NCBI GenBank assembly: GCA_963669225.2
Contig: CAXXMW010000008.1
Coordinates: 24,778 to 88,777, forward strand
DNA: 64,000 bases
Source: an uncultured Arenicella sp.
Lineage (GTDB): Bacteria; Pseudomonadota; Gammaproteobacteria; Arenicellales; Arenicellaceae
Direction: 5' to 3'
The notes under the pieces are model-generated. The model was not told the origin of the DNA. It made no database searches and worked only from the letters and a program-made list of their open reading frames with translations. A program made the translations under genes and the position numbers. Numbering within the stretch: the first letter of the stretch is position 1; each line of letters opens with the position of its first letter. Of the stretch, positions 18,501 through 28,396 are shown in pieces.

Positions 18501-18995
18501 AAGGCTGCTTTCACACCTTCCCACACGCCTAGCTCCCCGCCCGACCTTATCTATCTTGGGATCAAGGATCGCATTCCAATCACCCATTAAAACTAGCCGC
18601 TTCGTATCGTCCAGGAACGGCGCCAACCGACGAAAAAAGGAAACCCTCTCCACAACGATATTGGGCGCATAAACCGCAACCAGACGAAACTTGAAACTTT
18701 TCACGGCAACATCGGCCACAACCAGTCGGCCCCCGTCACCTGCAAAAACAACGTCAACATCAGCATCAAGGCTGCGTCCAACTAGCAAAGAAACCCCAAC
18801 GCTGGTACGGCTGCCGTATGCTGAGAAAACGTTAAAATCGCTTTCCAGCACACGACAGTCGGCACCGCAAGTGAAGTGGGTTTCCTGCACTGCAGCAACA
18901 TCTACGCCGAGAGTTTTAAGTTCACCAAGCAAGCGCGTACACTTGCCCGGATCCCTCAATCCCCTCACATTCAAAGTAGCAAGGTTTAGAGCCAT
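15528..18995 (-). CDS. U3 ORF2p, intact
   Basis: Open frame in the track (15528..19004); motifs intact. Confidence 0.96.
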   Translation of the reverse strand: MALNLATLNVRGLRDPGKCTRLLGELKTLGVDVAAVQETHFTCGADCRVLESDFNVFSAYGSRTSVGVSLLVGRSLDADVDVVFAGDGGRLVVADVAVKSFKFRLVAVYAPNIVVERVSFFRRLAPFLDDTKRLVLMGDWNAILDPKIDKVGRGARRVGRCESSLAGLMTRHDLVDRFRLDHPGREMWTWLDSSPSAKVGSYLDRVLVRRADIDFVSCPTFHLIAWTDHKLVRVSLRLANRPSLAGYWKFNTSLLEIRDFRDRLESLIQRALVGAVTGNRWWGSLKHRIRDFATKYGRQLNLDRTKEAKSIDDRLSRAVAGGDSLNVELARGDLERESSERYKGYVVRSRLKRVLNEAVKTNATAREEEVRRFPDRYIGSVKAPDGRLLRSAREIRDAFRAHFRDRFARCTDLPLREFRSYLADFPRLGVAEAASCEGVVTECEVRDALKQVGLNKSPGLDGLPYEVYLRMSHMFVPILTDMFNHWFAQGAIPGSVTKGVITLLKKGGRHVWEGLDDYRPITLLNTELKILARVLANRLQLVISDLIGSEQTFAVKGRSIQDNLHLIREVLEGIEDDTEAALISLDQSKAFDRVDHRFLATVLETAGFKPEFRRWISMMYHNPQAVVQVNGRRSTVFAVERSVRQGCPLSPLLYVLALEPLLRRLRDRTANPALRGVPFAGPLTARVSAFADDITVFVSRRLDIKAVKKAVSEYERIAGAKVNFDKSEGLRLGAWRGSNTLPGPFRWSDGPVRILGVWFGPGLQLERNWSEIQAKVNAQVGIWLSRRLSLKGRAEACAVYVFPLILYRLAVLPLPKVNRLALQRSLSRLLWGGARPMVRRQVCIQRTRNGGLGMPDLESHWLAERLAYLGRALTGDAVWRLKASRTFPRLKSDPKAEGRRRPLGETLFVRECRTALRNLLGSSDLSRPRKELYRELVVGSASDPLSERHGWTTEEIRSHWNWAPGSSFLNNSEFSLTWRLVRNALPLVGLNYKAGLADMPDCARCGSGLEETAEHAFYYCERVRPFWDHVGEWTARIEPKQLVLLDVGYVVDNVLPPYQGEKRVVFLAILAVARMVIWTTRNKGLYDDANFSHRDLILYFRHQLRVKIRCDRKRLDRITFSKRWVNAASLVVRKGATLESSFPPLPAHGVYGTGP

Positions 18996-19009
18996 CAATC
19001 CCACTTACC

Positions 19010-20953
19010 TTACTCAGTGTCGACTACGGGCCGGAAATCCTTGGGAGTAAGGATGCCGACGGCCTGACGCAGGGATCCGGTGCCGAGCTCAGTACTTACT
19101 CGGTCGTCCCTGGTAATTCCACCGACATCCATAGGGTACCGCAACTTTAGGGACCTATAGAATGATGGGTGAACCAAAATCGGGACCCTGCCCGCACAGA
19201 AGGGTAGCATTTTTTTCAGCATTGGATTTTTCGTATCGACCAGCATTACATCCGCCCGGCTGGCTTCGTCAATAAAGTTCCAAAGTTCTTTGGTCCGATT
19301 GCCAGCCAAGCGGACGAATGTGGTCAATTTTGGTGCGTCCTTGAATAGATGTGGTTTTGTGATGTCTTTAGTGTCAATTTTTTGGAGTGAGCGTAATGGT
19401 TTTAATGATTGTTTTAAAGTGTGGTCTATGTGTGGATTGTCCATGATATCTTCGCAGAAGTAAAAAGAGTTTATGGCACGTCGGGCTTCCGTAGAGCGTG
19501 CTCTTGGTTTTTGAACAGTTGCTGCTGATGTTGACGGTGTTTGGGGAGAGGGTGTAAGTCTGGTTGCTGAATAGGATCGAGTAAGCATTTTGGGGGTTTT
19601 AATTGGTGAAAGAGAGGGGGGTAATGGTGTTTCTGTTGGGATGATAGGGGTGGTTTTTGTTTTTTGTGGGAGAGGAATCAATTGTGCTGGTCTTTGTTTA
19701 TTTTGGACTGGCGATTTTTCTGTTGTTTTTTCCCCCTTATGCTGAGGTATGGTGGTTGTTTGTGTGGGTTTTTTTGGATGTTTTTTCTCCCCCTCTTTAG
19801 TTGGTGAGTCCTCGCTGTCTCTCCTTCTTTTTAAATTCATGGACATATCCATCGGTTCAATGTTTTGATTGTCTTCTTTTGTTGATTGTTTTGCAGTTGA
19901 TTGTTTCGTATTTGTGGTTGTTGGTTTCGTAGTTGTAGTCAAAAGAGTTGTTGTATCTGTTGTTGCTGGTTTTTTAGGGGGAGTTTTTTTCCCTCCCTTT
20001 TTTTTGGTGACTTGCGTCCACCCTTCTTCATTTTCTTTAGGGGTTTCTTGTTTGTTTTCTGAGGTTTCTGTTGGTATTATTGCTGCTATGACAGGTGAAG
20101 GAGTATCAGTAGTAGTAGTAGTATTCGTTGTTGTGGTGGTGATTGTTGATTTTTGAGGGCAGTTTTTTGAAAAGTGGCCGATGTTATTGCAAAACCAACA
20201 TAGCGGTTTCCTGCCCTCAACTATGACTGTCATGGTTTGTTCGCGGTATCGTATTTTATGGGGAATTTTGTTAAACCCTCCCCTATCGAGGCACATAACG
20301 AATACGTAGTCACCGTACGCGGTTCCCCGTGTTGACGTTACTTGTGTGACTTGTTCCACGCCGCCGTATATACTTAGATAGGCGGCGAGGACGTCACCAC
20401 TCAATTGCATAGATACATTGCATACGGTGACTCGTATTCTTCTTTTGCCTCGATATTCCGGTTGTAGCCGGAAGAAGCGTGTGGTGATGTTACCACCGGC
20501 GAGGCTTTTCGCTACTTCCTCTGAGGGTAATAAGACATCCCAGGTCGCGAAACTTCTGCGGCAGAAGTATTTCCCTGGGATGTTTGCTGTTTTGAGTAGG
20601 TCTTCAAATGTCTCCTTTTTTATCCCCGCTAGTCTCTTGGTCTTAATGTCTGTGACTACGAAGGACAGGGTCTTCGGTTCGACCGCCTCGACCAATTCGG
20701 GTATTGGGAGAATTTCCCCGTCCTTGAAATATTTTTCATATTTTTCGACCCTGTCTCTTGCGTAGTCACAAGGGGATTTTTTATTCACGCAATGTGAAGA
20801 CCAAGAGACAGCCGTTTGTTTTTGTTTTTGTGCCGGTGGTATTGTACTTGCCGATGAAGAGAGGTCGAATGGAGCTTCTTCCGGCATTGGGGAGGGTTGC
20901 GTTTGGAATATGTCGGTCGGTGATTGCGATTTCATGTTGTTGGGCTCCCCCAT
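19010..20953 (-). CDS. U3 ORF1p, 647 aa
   Basis: Open frame; CCHC knuckle intact. Confidence 0.92.
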   Translation of the reverse strand: MGEPNNMKSQSPTDIFQTQPSPMPEEAPFDLSSSASTIPPAQKQKQTAVSWSSHCVNKKSPCDYARDRVEKYEKYFKDGEILPIPELVEAVEPKTLSFVVTDIKTKRLAGIKKETFEDLLKTANIPGKYFCRRSFATWDVLLPSEEVAKSLAGGNITTRFFRLQPEYRGKRRIRVTVCNVSMQLSGDVLAAYLSIYGGVEQVTQVTSTRGTAYGDYVFVMCLDRGGFNKIPHKIRYREQTMTVIVEGRKPLCWFCNNIGHFSKNCPQKSTITTTTTNTTTTTDTPSPVIAAIIPTETSENKQETPKENEEGWTQVTKKKGGKKTPPKKPATTDTTTLLTTTTKPTTTNTKQSTAKQSTKEDNQNIEPMDMSMNLKRRRDSEDSPTKEGEKKHPKKPTQTTTIPQHKGEKTTEKSPVQNKQRPAQLIPLPQKTKTTPIIPTETPLPPSLSPIKTPKMLTRSYSATRLTPSPQTPSTSAATVQKPRARSTEARRAINSFYFCEDIMDNPHIDHTLKQSLKPLRSLQKIDTKDITKPHLFKDAPKLTTFVRLAGNRTKELWNFIDEASRADVMLVDTKNPMLKKMLPFCAGRVPILVHPSFYRSLKLRYPMDVGGITRDDRVSTELGTGSLRQAVGILTPKDFRPVVDTE

Positions 20954-21955
20954 AGTTGTGAAAACACAACCAGAGGGAGATGAAACGCGTATGGTGTTGC
21001 AAAAAATTCAGGCGAGACGAATAAATGTAGAACGATGAATGTTGATAAAAATGGCGGTCGTTTTTTAAAAAAGTTCAACAAAAAAATCGAGTCGCGTTTG
21101 ACCCTCCTCACAAACAAAGAACAATAGTTTGAGGGGGGTCACAAAACTTTAACAATGATAACAATATTCAATAACAATAATTTTAACAAATTTTTAACAA
21201 TAAAGAACTTACTTTTTTTCGTGGTGAAAAAAGAACTCAGACAAAAAAATTTACCTTCTAGTCTGCTTTATTTCTGTGTAGTGTACACAGAAGGCACAAG
21301 GCCTTGAAGTTTTTGGGGAGGGGAAGGGAGCGGTCATACTTTTCTATATAAACTAAGGAGACCTAGCTAGCCACATTCGCCGACCCATTCAACAATACAA
21401 TAAATATCCATTCATCCATCGCCTTTTGCGCTACAATCACCACAATACCACATTTGCTCTATGAAGAAGTCCTACTTAAAATCCCGAGATTCATGAATGA
21501 TTTTATGATTTATTTACAATGAATGTGATGGGAATGGGAGAAAAACCCCGAAATATATATAAAAACAAGGAAAAATCCCCCGTTTGGTTGCCCTCCCATC
21601 CCCCCGTCTATAAAATTGGAGGCCGACTGTTTTCCGGGGCGAAAGAACCGGAAACAAGTCGGACCTACCCTAGGTGGGGCAGGGATCCTAATCTACAGGG
21701 GTGAAAAGAATTTAGGGGTCGGGCGCGGTATGGGTTAATACAAGTAGGTGATATGATTTTTATACATATGAATGTTCAAGATCTTCAGTAAACGTGGACT
21801 GGGATACGGATTGAGGTACAAAAATAATGGGGATGGGGAAGATCTTGAGAACTAACAACTAGATGACGGGGACAATGACTCACAAACATACTGCTAACTA
21901 GGTACCTGGGTACCAAAGAAAAAGGGAACAGTTTTACTCACCAGGGGTGGGGTCC

Positions 21956-24900
21956 CTAAGGACCCGTACCGTAGACGCCATGAGCCGGCAGAGGAGGGAA
22001 GGATGACTCCAACGTTGCTCCCTTTCGCACGACCAGGCTCGCTGCATTCACCCACCTTTTGCTGAATGTTATGCGATCCAAGCGTTTTCTATCGCATCTG
22101 ATTTTGACCCTCAGCTGATGCCGAAAATACAAAATCAGATCACGATGAGAAAAGTTTGCATCGTCATACAATCCCTTGTTTCGCGTCGTCCAAATCACCA
22201 TTCTAGCTACAGCTAGGATCGCGAGAAACACCACACGCTTCTCACCCTGATACGGAGGAAGAACGTTGTCCACGACGTAACCAACGTCGAGCAGCACGAG
22301 CTGTTTGGGTTCGATGCGAGCCGTCCACTCGCCGACGTGATCCCAAAACGGGCGAACTCGCTCGCAGTAGTAGAAGGCGTGCTCAGCCGTTTCTTCCAAG
22401 CCACTGCCGCAGCGAGCGCAATCGGGCATGTCTGCCAGGCCCGCTTTGTAGTTCAAGCCGACAAGGGGTAACGCATTTCGCACAAGTCGCCAGGTGAGCG
22501 AGAACTCGGAGTTGTTCAAGAAGCTCGATCCTGGCGCCCAATTCCAATGAGAGCGAATCTCCTCCGTCGTCCAGCCGTGCCGCTCGCTGAGAGGATCAGA
22601 AGCGGAACCCACCACTAGCTCCCGATATAGTTCTTTTCGAGGCCGTGAAAGGTCACTGGACCCAAGAAGGTTACGAAGGGCCGTTCGGCACTCGCGGACA
22701 AACAGTGTTTCGCCCAAAGGCCTACGTCGACCTTCAGCCTTTGGGTCTGACTTTAGGCGAGGAAAAGTCCGACTCGCCTTCAGTCTCCACACTGCGTCCC
22801 CCGTCAAAGCTCTGCCCAGGTATGCAAGTCTTTCAGCAAGCCAGTGGCTCTCCAGATCAGGCATACCTAGACCCCCGTTGCGTGTACGTTGGATACAGAC
22901 CTGCCTACGGACCATCGGCCTTGCACCTCCCCAGAGCAATCTGGAAAGGGATCGTTGCAGCGCCAACCGATTTACCTTAGGCAGAGGAAGTACAGCCAAT
23001 CGGTAAAGGATCAAGGGGAAGACGTACACGGCGCACGCCTCCGCCCTGCCCTTTAAGGACAACCTCCTTGAAAGCCAGATTCCCACCTGAGCATTCACCT
23101 TGGCTTGTACTTCCGACCAATTTCGCTCCAGTTGGAGGCCGGGCCCGAACCACACCCCGAGGATGCGGACGGGTCCGTCACTCCAGCGGAACGGCCCCGG
23201 AAGAGTATTGCTACCCCTCCAAGCACCGAGCCGCAAACCTTCGCTTTTGTCAAAATTGACCTTGGCTCCTGCAATCCGCTCGTACTCGCTAACCGCCTTC
23301 TTCACAGCCTTTATATCCAGACGGCGGGATACAAACACTGTGATATCATCGGCGAACGCGGAAACCCTTGCCGTAAGAGGGCCAGCAAAAGGGACACCGC
23401 GCAGGGCCGGATTTGCCGTCCTATCCCTAAGCCTACGGAGCAGGGGCTCCAAAGCTAGGACATAGAGAAGAGGAGACAACGGGCAGCCCTGCCGGACCGA
23501 CCGTTCGACCGCGAACACCCTCGAACGCCTTCCGTTCACCTGCACCACTGCCTGAGGGTTGTGGTACATCATGCTAATCCATCTGCGGAACTCCGGTTTG
23601 AATCCGGCAGTCTCCAAAACAGTCGCCAAAAACCGATGGTCAACCCTATCGAAGGCCTTGGACTGATCTAAACTGATCAGCGCGGCCTCGGTGCCGTCTT
23701 CTATACCCTCTAGGACCTCGCGAATCAAGTGCAGGTTGTCCTGGATCGATCTTCCCTTCACAGCAAAGGTCTGCTCAGAGCCGATCAGATCGCTAATGAC
23801 AAGCTGTAAACGATTCGCTAAGACCCGGGCCAAAATCTTTAACTCTGTGTTAAGCAGAGTTATGGGCCTGTAATCGTCTAAACCCTCCCAAACATGCCTG
23901 CCACCTTTCTTCAGCAATGTGATCACGCCCTTGGTAACGCTACCAGGGATGGCTCCCTGGGCGAACCAATGGTTGAACATATCCGTCAGAATAGGCACAA
24001 ACATGTGCGACATCCTCAAGTACACTTCGTAGGGCAAACCATCTAGTCCCGGCGACTTGTTCAGGCCGACCTGCTTCAACGCGTCACGGACTTCGCATTC
24101 AGTAACCACACCCTCGCAGCTAGCCGCTTCAGCCACCCCAAGGCGGGGGAAGTCGGCAAGATAGCTACGAAACTCCCGGAGCGGGAGATCAGTACAGCGG
24201 GCAAAGCGATCCCGAAAGTGCGCCCGAAAGGCGTCACGAATCTCACGAGTCGATCGCAGCAGTCGCCCATCCGGGGCCTTGACAGAACCGATATACCGAT
24301 CGGGGAACCTTCGCACTTCTTCTTCACGCGCAGTCGCGTTCGTTTTCACAGCTTCGTTGAGAACTCTCTTTAACCTAGATCTAACTACGTATCCCTTGTA
24401 GCGCTCGCTACTCTCGCGCTCAAGGTCCCCCCTAGCTAGCTCTACGTTTAGGGAGTCCCCCCCAGCCACCGCCCGGGAAAGTCTATCGTCTATAGATTTC
24501 GCTTCCTTGGTCCTATCTAGGTTGAGCTGTTGACCGTACTTGGTAGCGAAATCTCTAATCCTATGTTTAAGAGATCCCCACCACCTATTCCCGGTAACCG
24601 CCCCCACTAACGCCCGCTGAATTAGGGATTCCAACCGGTCCCGGAAGTCCCGTATCTCCAGTAAGGAGGTATTGAACTTCCAGTAGCCGGCCAGACTAGG
24701 CCTATTTGCTAACCGTAGACTGACTCTAACAAGTTTATGGTCTGTCCACGCTATCAAGTGGAACGTGGGACAACTAACAAAATCAATGTCAGCTCGTCTC
24801 ACTAACACTCTGTCCAAGTAGGAGCCTACTTTGGCAGAGGGCGAACTATCTAGCCACGTCCACATCTCCCGCCCTGGGTGATCCAGACGAAACCTGTCGA

Positions 24901-25423
24901 CGAGGTCATGACGAGTCATGAGGCCGGCAAGGCTGCTTTCACACCTTCCCACACGCCTAGCTCCCCGCCCGACCTTATCTATTTTGGGATCAAGGATCGC
25001 ATTCCAATCACCCATTAAAATTAGCCGCTTCGTATCGTCCAGGAACGGCGCCAACCGACGAAAAAAGGAAACCCTCTCCACAACGATATTGGGCGCATAA
25101 ACCGCAACCAGACGAAACTTGAAACTTTTCACGGCAACATCGGCCACAACCAGTCGGCCCCCGTCACCTGCAAAAACAACGTCAACATCAGCATCAAGGC
25201 TGCGTCCAACTAGCAAAGAAACCCCAACGCTGGTACGGCTGCCGTATGCTGAGAAAACGTTAAAATCGCTTTCCAGCACACGACAGTCGGCACCGCAAGT
25301 GAAGTGGGTTTCCTGCACTGCAGCAACATCTACGCCGAGAGTTTTAAGTTCACCAAGCAAGCGCGTACACTTGCCCGGATCCCTCAATCCCCTCACATTC
25401 AAAGTAGCAAGGTTTAGAGCCAT
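21956..25423 (-). CDS. U4 ORF2p, intact
   Basis: Open frame in the track (21956..25432); motifs intact. Confidence 0.96.
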   Translation of the reverse strand: MALNLATLNVRGLRDPGKCTRLLGELKTLGVDVAAVQETHFTCGADCRVLESDFNVFSAYGSRTSVGVSLLVGRSLDADVDVVFAGDGGRLVVADVAVKSFKFRLVAVYAPNIVVERVSFFRRLAPFLDDTKRLILMGDWNAILDPKIDKVGRGARRVGRCESSLAGLMTRHDLVDRFRLDHPGREMWTWLDSSPSAKVGSYLDRVLVRRADIDFVSCPTFHLIAWTDHKLVRVSLRLANRPSLAGYWKFNTSLLEIRDFRDRLESLIQRALVGAVTGNRWWGSLKHRIRDFATKYGQQLNLDRTKEAKSIDDRLSRAVAGGDSLNVELARGDLERESSERYKGYVVRSRLKRVLNEAVKTNATAREEEVRRFPDRYIGSVKAPDGRLLRSTREIRDAFRAHFRDRFARCTDLPLREFRSYLADFPRLGVAEAASCEGVVTECEVRDALKQVGLNKSPGLDGLPYEVYLRMSHMFVPILTDMFNHWFAQGAIPGSVTKGVITLLKKGGRHVWEGLDDYRPITLLNTELKILARVLANRLQLVISDLIGSEQTFAVKGRSIQDNLHLIREVLEGIEDGTEAALISLDQSKAFDRVDHRFLATVLETAGFKPEFRRWISMMYHNPQAVVQVNGRRSRVFAVERSVRQGCPLSPLLYVLALEPLLRRLRDRTANPALRGVPFAGPLTARVSAFADDITVFVSRRLDIKAVKKAVSEYERIAGAKVNFDKSEGLRLGAWRGSNTLPGPFRWSDGPVRILGVWFGPGLQLERNWSEVQAKVNAQVGIWLSRRLSLKGRAEACAVYVFPLILYRLAVLPLPKVNRLALQRSLSRLLWGGARPMVRRQVCIQRTRNGGLGMPDLESHWLAERLAYLGRALTGDAVWRLKASRTFPRLKSDPKAEGRRRPLGETLFVRECRTALRNLLGSSDLSRPRKELYRELVVGSASDPLSERHGWTTEEIRSHWNWAPGSSFLNNSEFSLTWRLVRNALPLVGLNYKAGLADMPDCARCGSGLEETAEHAFYYCERVRPFWDHVGEWTARIEPKQLVLLDVGYVVDNVLPPYQGEKRVVFLAILAVARMVIWTTRNKGLYDDANFSHRDLILYFRHQLRVKIRCDRKRLDRITFSKRWVNAASLVVRKGATLESSFPPLPAHGVYGTGP

Positions 25424-25437
25424 CAATCCCACTTACC

Positions 25438-27386
25438 TTACTCAGTGTCGACTACGGGCCGGAAATCCTTGGGAGTAAGGATGCCGACGGCCTGACGCAG
25501 GGATCCGGTGCCGAGCTCAGTACTTACTCGGTCGTCCCTGGTAATTCCACCGACATCCATAGGGTACCGCAACTTTAGGGACCTATAGAATGATGGGTGA
25601 ACCAAAATCGGGACCCTGCCCGCACAGAAGGGAAGCATTTTTTTCAGCATTGGATTTTTCGTATCGACCAGCATTACATCCGCCCGGCTGGCTTCGTCAA
25701 TAAAGTTCCAGAGTTCTTTGGTCCGATTGCCAGCCAAGCGGACGAATGTGGTCAATTTTGGTGCGTCCTTGAATAGATGTGGTTTTGTGATGTCTTTAGT
25801 GTCAATTTTTTGCAGTGAGCGTAATGGTTTTAATGATTGTTTTAAAGTGTGGTCTATGTGTGGATTGTCCATGATATCTTCGCAGAAGTAAAAAGAGTTT
25901 ATGGCACGTCGGGCTTCCGTAGAGCGTGCTCTTGGTTTTTGAACAGTTGCTGCTGATGTTGACGGTGTTTGGGGAGAGGGTGTAAGTCTGGTTGCTGAAT
26001 AGGATCGAGTAAGCATTTTGGGGGTTTTAATTGGTGAAAGAGAGGGGGGTAATGGTGTTTCTGTTGGGATGATAGGGGTGGTTTTTGTTTTTTGTGGGAG
26101 AGGAATCAATTGTGCTGGTCTTTGTTTATTTTGGACTGGCGATTTTTCTGTTGTTTTTTCCCCCTTATGCTGAGGTATGGTGGTTGTTTGTGTGGGTTTT
26201 TTTGGATGTTTTTTCTCCCCCTCTTTAGTTGGTGAGTCCTCGCTGTCTCTCCTTCTTTTTAAATTCATGGACATATCCATCGGTTCAATGTTTTGATTGT
26301 CTTCTTTTGTTGATTGTTTTGCAGTTGATTGTTTCGTATTTGTGGTTGTTAGTTTCGTAGTTGTAGTCAAAAGAGTTGTTGTATCTGTTGTTGCTGGTTT
26401 TTTAGGGGGAGTTTTTTTCCCTCCCTTTTTTTTGGTGACTTGCGTCCACCCTTCTTCATTTTCTTTAGGGGTTTCTTGTTTGTTTTCTGAGGTTTCTGTT
26501 GGTATTATTGCTGCTATGACAGGTGAAGGAGTATCAGTAGTAGTAGCAGTAGTAGTAGTCGTTGTTGTGGTGGTGATTGTTGATTTTTGAGGCAGTTTTT
26601 TGAGAAGTGGCCGATGTTATTGCAGGACCAACATAGCGGTTTCCTGCCCTCAACTATGACTGTCATGGTTTGATCGCGGTAACGTATTTTATGGGGAATT
26701 TTGTTAAACCCTCCCCTATCGAGGCATATAACGAATACGTAGTCACCGTACGCAGTTCCCCGTGTTGACGTTACTTGTGTGACTTGTTCCACGCCGCCGT
26801 ATATACTTAGATAGGCGGCGAGGACGTCACCACTCAATTGCATAGATACATTGCATACGGTGACTCGTATTCTTCTTTTGCCTCGATATTCCGGTTGTAG
26901 CCGGAAGAAGCGTGTGGTGATGTTACCACCGGCGAGGCTTTTCGCTACTTCCTCTGAGGGTAATAAGACATCCCAGGTCGCGAAACTTCTGCGGCAGAAG
27001 TATTTCCCTGGGATGTTTGCTGTTTTGAGAAGGTCCTCAAATGTCTCCTTTTTTATCCCCGCTAGTCTCTTGGTCTTAATGTCTGTGACTACGAAGGACA
27101 GGGTCTTTGGTTCGACCGCCTCGACCAATTCGGGTATTGGGAGAATTTCCCCGTCCTTGAAATATTTTTCATATTTTTCGACCCTGTCTCTTGCGTAGTC
27201 ACAAGGGGATTTTTTATTCACGCAATGTGAAGACCAAGAGACAGCCGTTTGTTTTTGTTTTTGTGCCGGTGGTATTGTACTTGCCGATGAAGAGAGGTCG
27301 AATGGAGCTTCTTCCGGCATTGGGGAGGGTTGCGTTTTGAATATGTCGGTCGGTGATTGCGATTTCATGTTGTTGGGCTCCCCCAT
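25438..27386 (-). pseudogene. U4 ORF1 with a -1 frameshift just after the zinc knuckle (~26590)
   Basis: TTTTGAGGCAG instead of TTTTGAGGGCAG; span 1949 nt; the track splits it into 26514..27386 and 25438..26370. Could be a homopolymer error. Confidence 0.85.
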
Positions 27387-28396
27387 AGTTGTGAAAACAC
27401 AACCAGAGGGAGATGAAACGCGTATGGTGTTGCAAAAAATTCAGGCGAGACGAATAAATGTAGAACGATGAATGTTGATAAAAATGGCGGTCGTTTTTTA
27501 AAAAAGTTCAACAAAAAAATCGAGTCGCGTTTGACCCTCCTCACAAACAAAGAACAATAGTTTGAGGGGGGTCACAAAACTTTAACAATGATAACAATAT
27601 TCAATAACAATAATTTTAACAAAATTTTTAACAATAAAGAACTTACTTTTTCGTGGTGAAAAAGAACTCAGACAAAAAATTTACCTTCTAGTCTGCTTTA
27701 TTTCTGTGTAGTGTACATAGTAGGCACAAGGCCTTGAAGTTTTTGGGGAGGGGAAGGGAGCGGTCATACTTTTCTATATAAACTAAGGAGACCTAGCTAG
27801 CCACATTCGCCGACCCATTCAACAATACAATAAATATCCATTCATCCATCGCCTTTTGCGCTACAATCACCACAATACCACATTTGCTCTATGAAGAAGT
27901 CCTACTTAAAATCCCGAGATTCGTGAGTGATTTTATTTACAAGTATGATTTATTTACAATGAATGTGATGGGAATGGGAGAAAAACCCCGAAATATATAT
28001 AAAAACAAGGAAAAATCCCCCGTTTGGTTGCCCTCCCATCCCCCCGTCTATAAAATTGGAGGCCGACTGTTTTCCGGGGCGAAAGAACCGGAAACAAGTC
28101 GGACCTACCCTAGGTGGGGCAGGGATCCTAATCTACAGGGGTGAAAAGAATTTAGGGGTCGGGCGCGGTATGGGTTAATACAAGTAGGTGATATGATTTT
28201 TATACATATGAATGTTCAAGATCTTCAGTAAACGTGGACTGGGATACGGATTGAGGTACAAAAATAATGGGGATGGGGAAGATCTTGAGAACTAACAACT
28301 AGATGACGGGGACAATGACTCACAAACATACTGCTAACTAGGTACCTGGGTACCGAAAGAAAAAGGGAACAGTTTTACTTACCAGGGGTGGGGTCC

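Larger units (their letters stand above)
14812..21249 (-). mobile_element. U3 full-length element, both ORFs intact
   Basis: Tail variant TTCACC at 14812; head A7 run ending at 21249. Confidence 0.95.
21250..27679 (-). mobile_element. U4 full-length element; ORF1 frameshifted
   Basis: Junctions at 21249/21250 and 27679/27680. Confidence 0.93.
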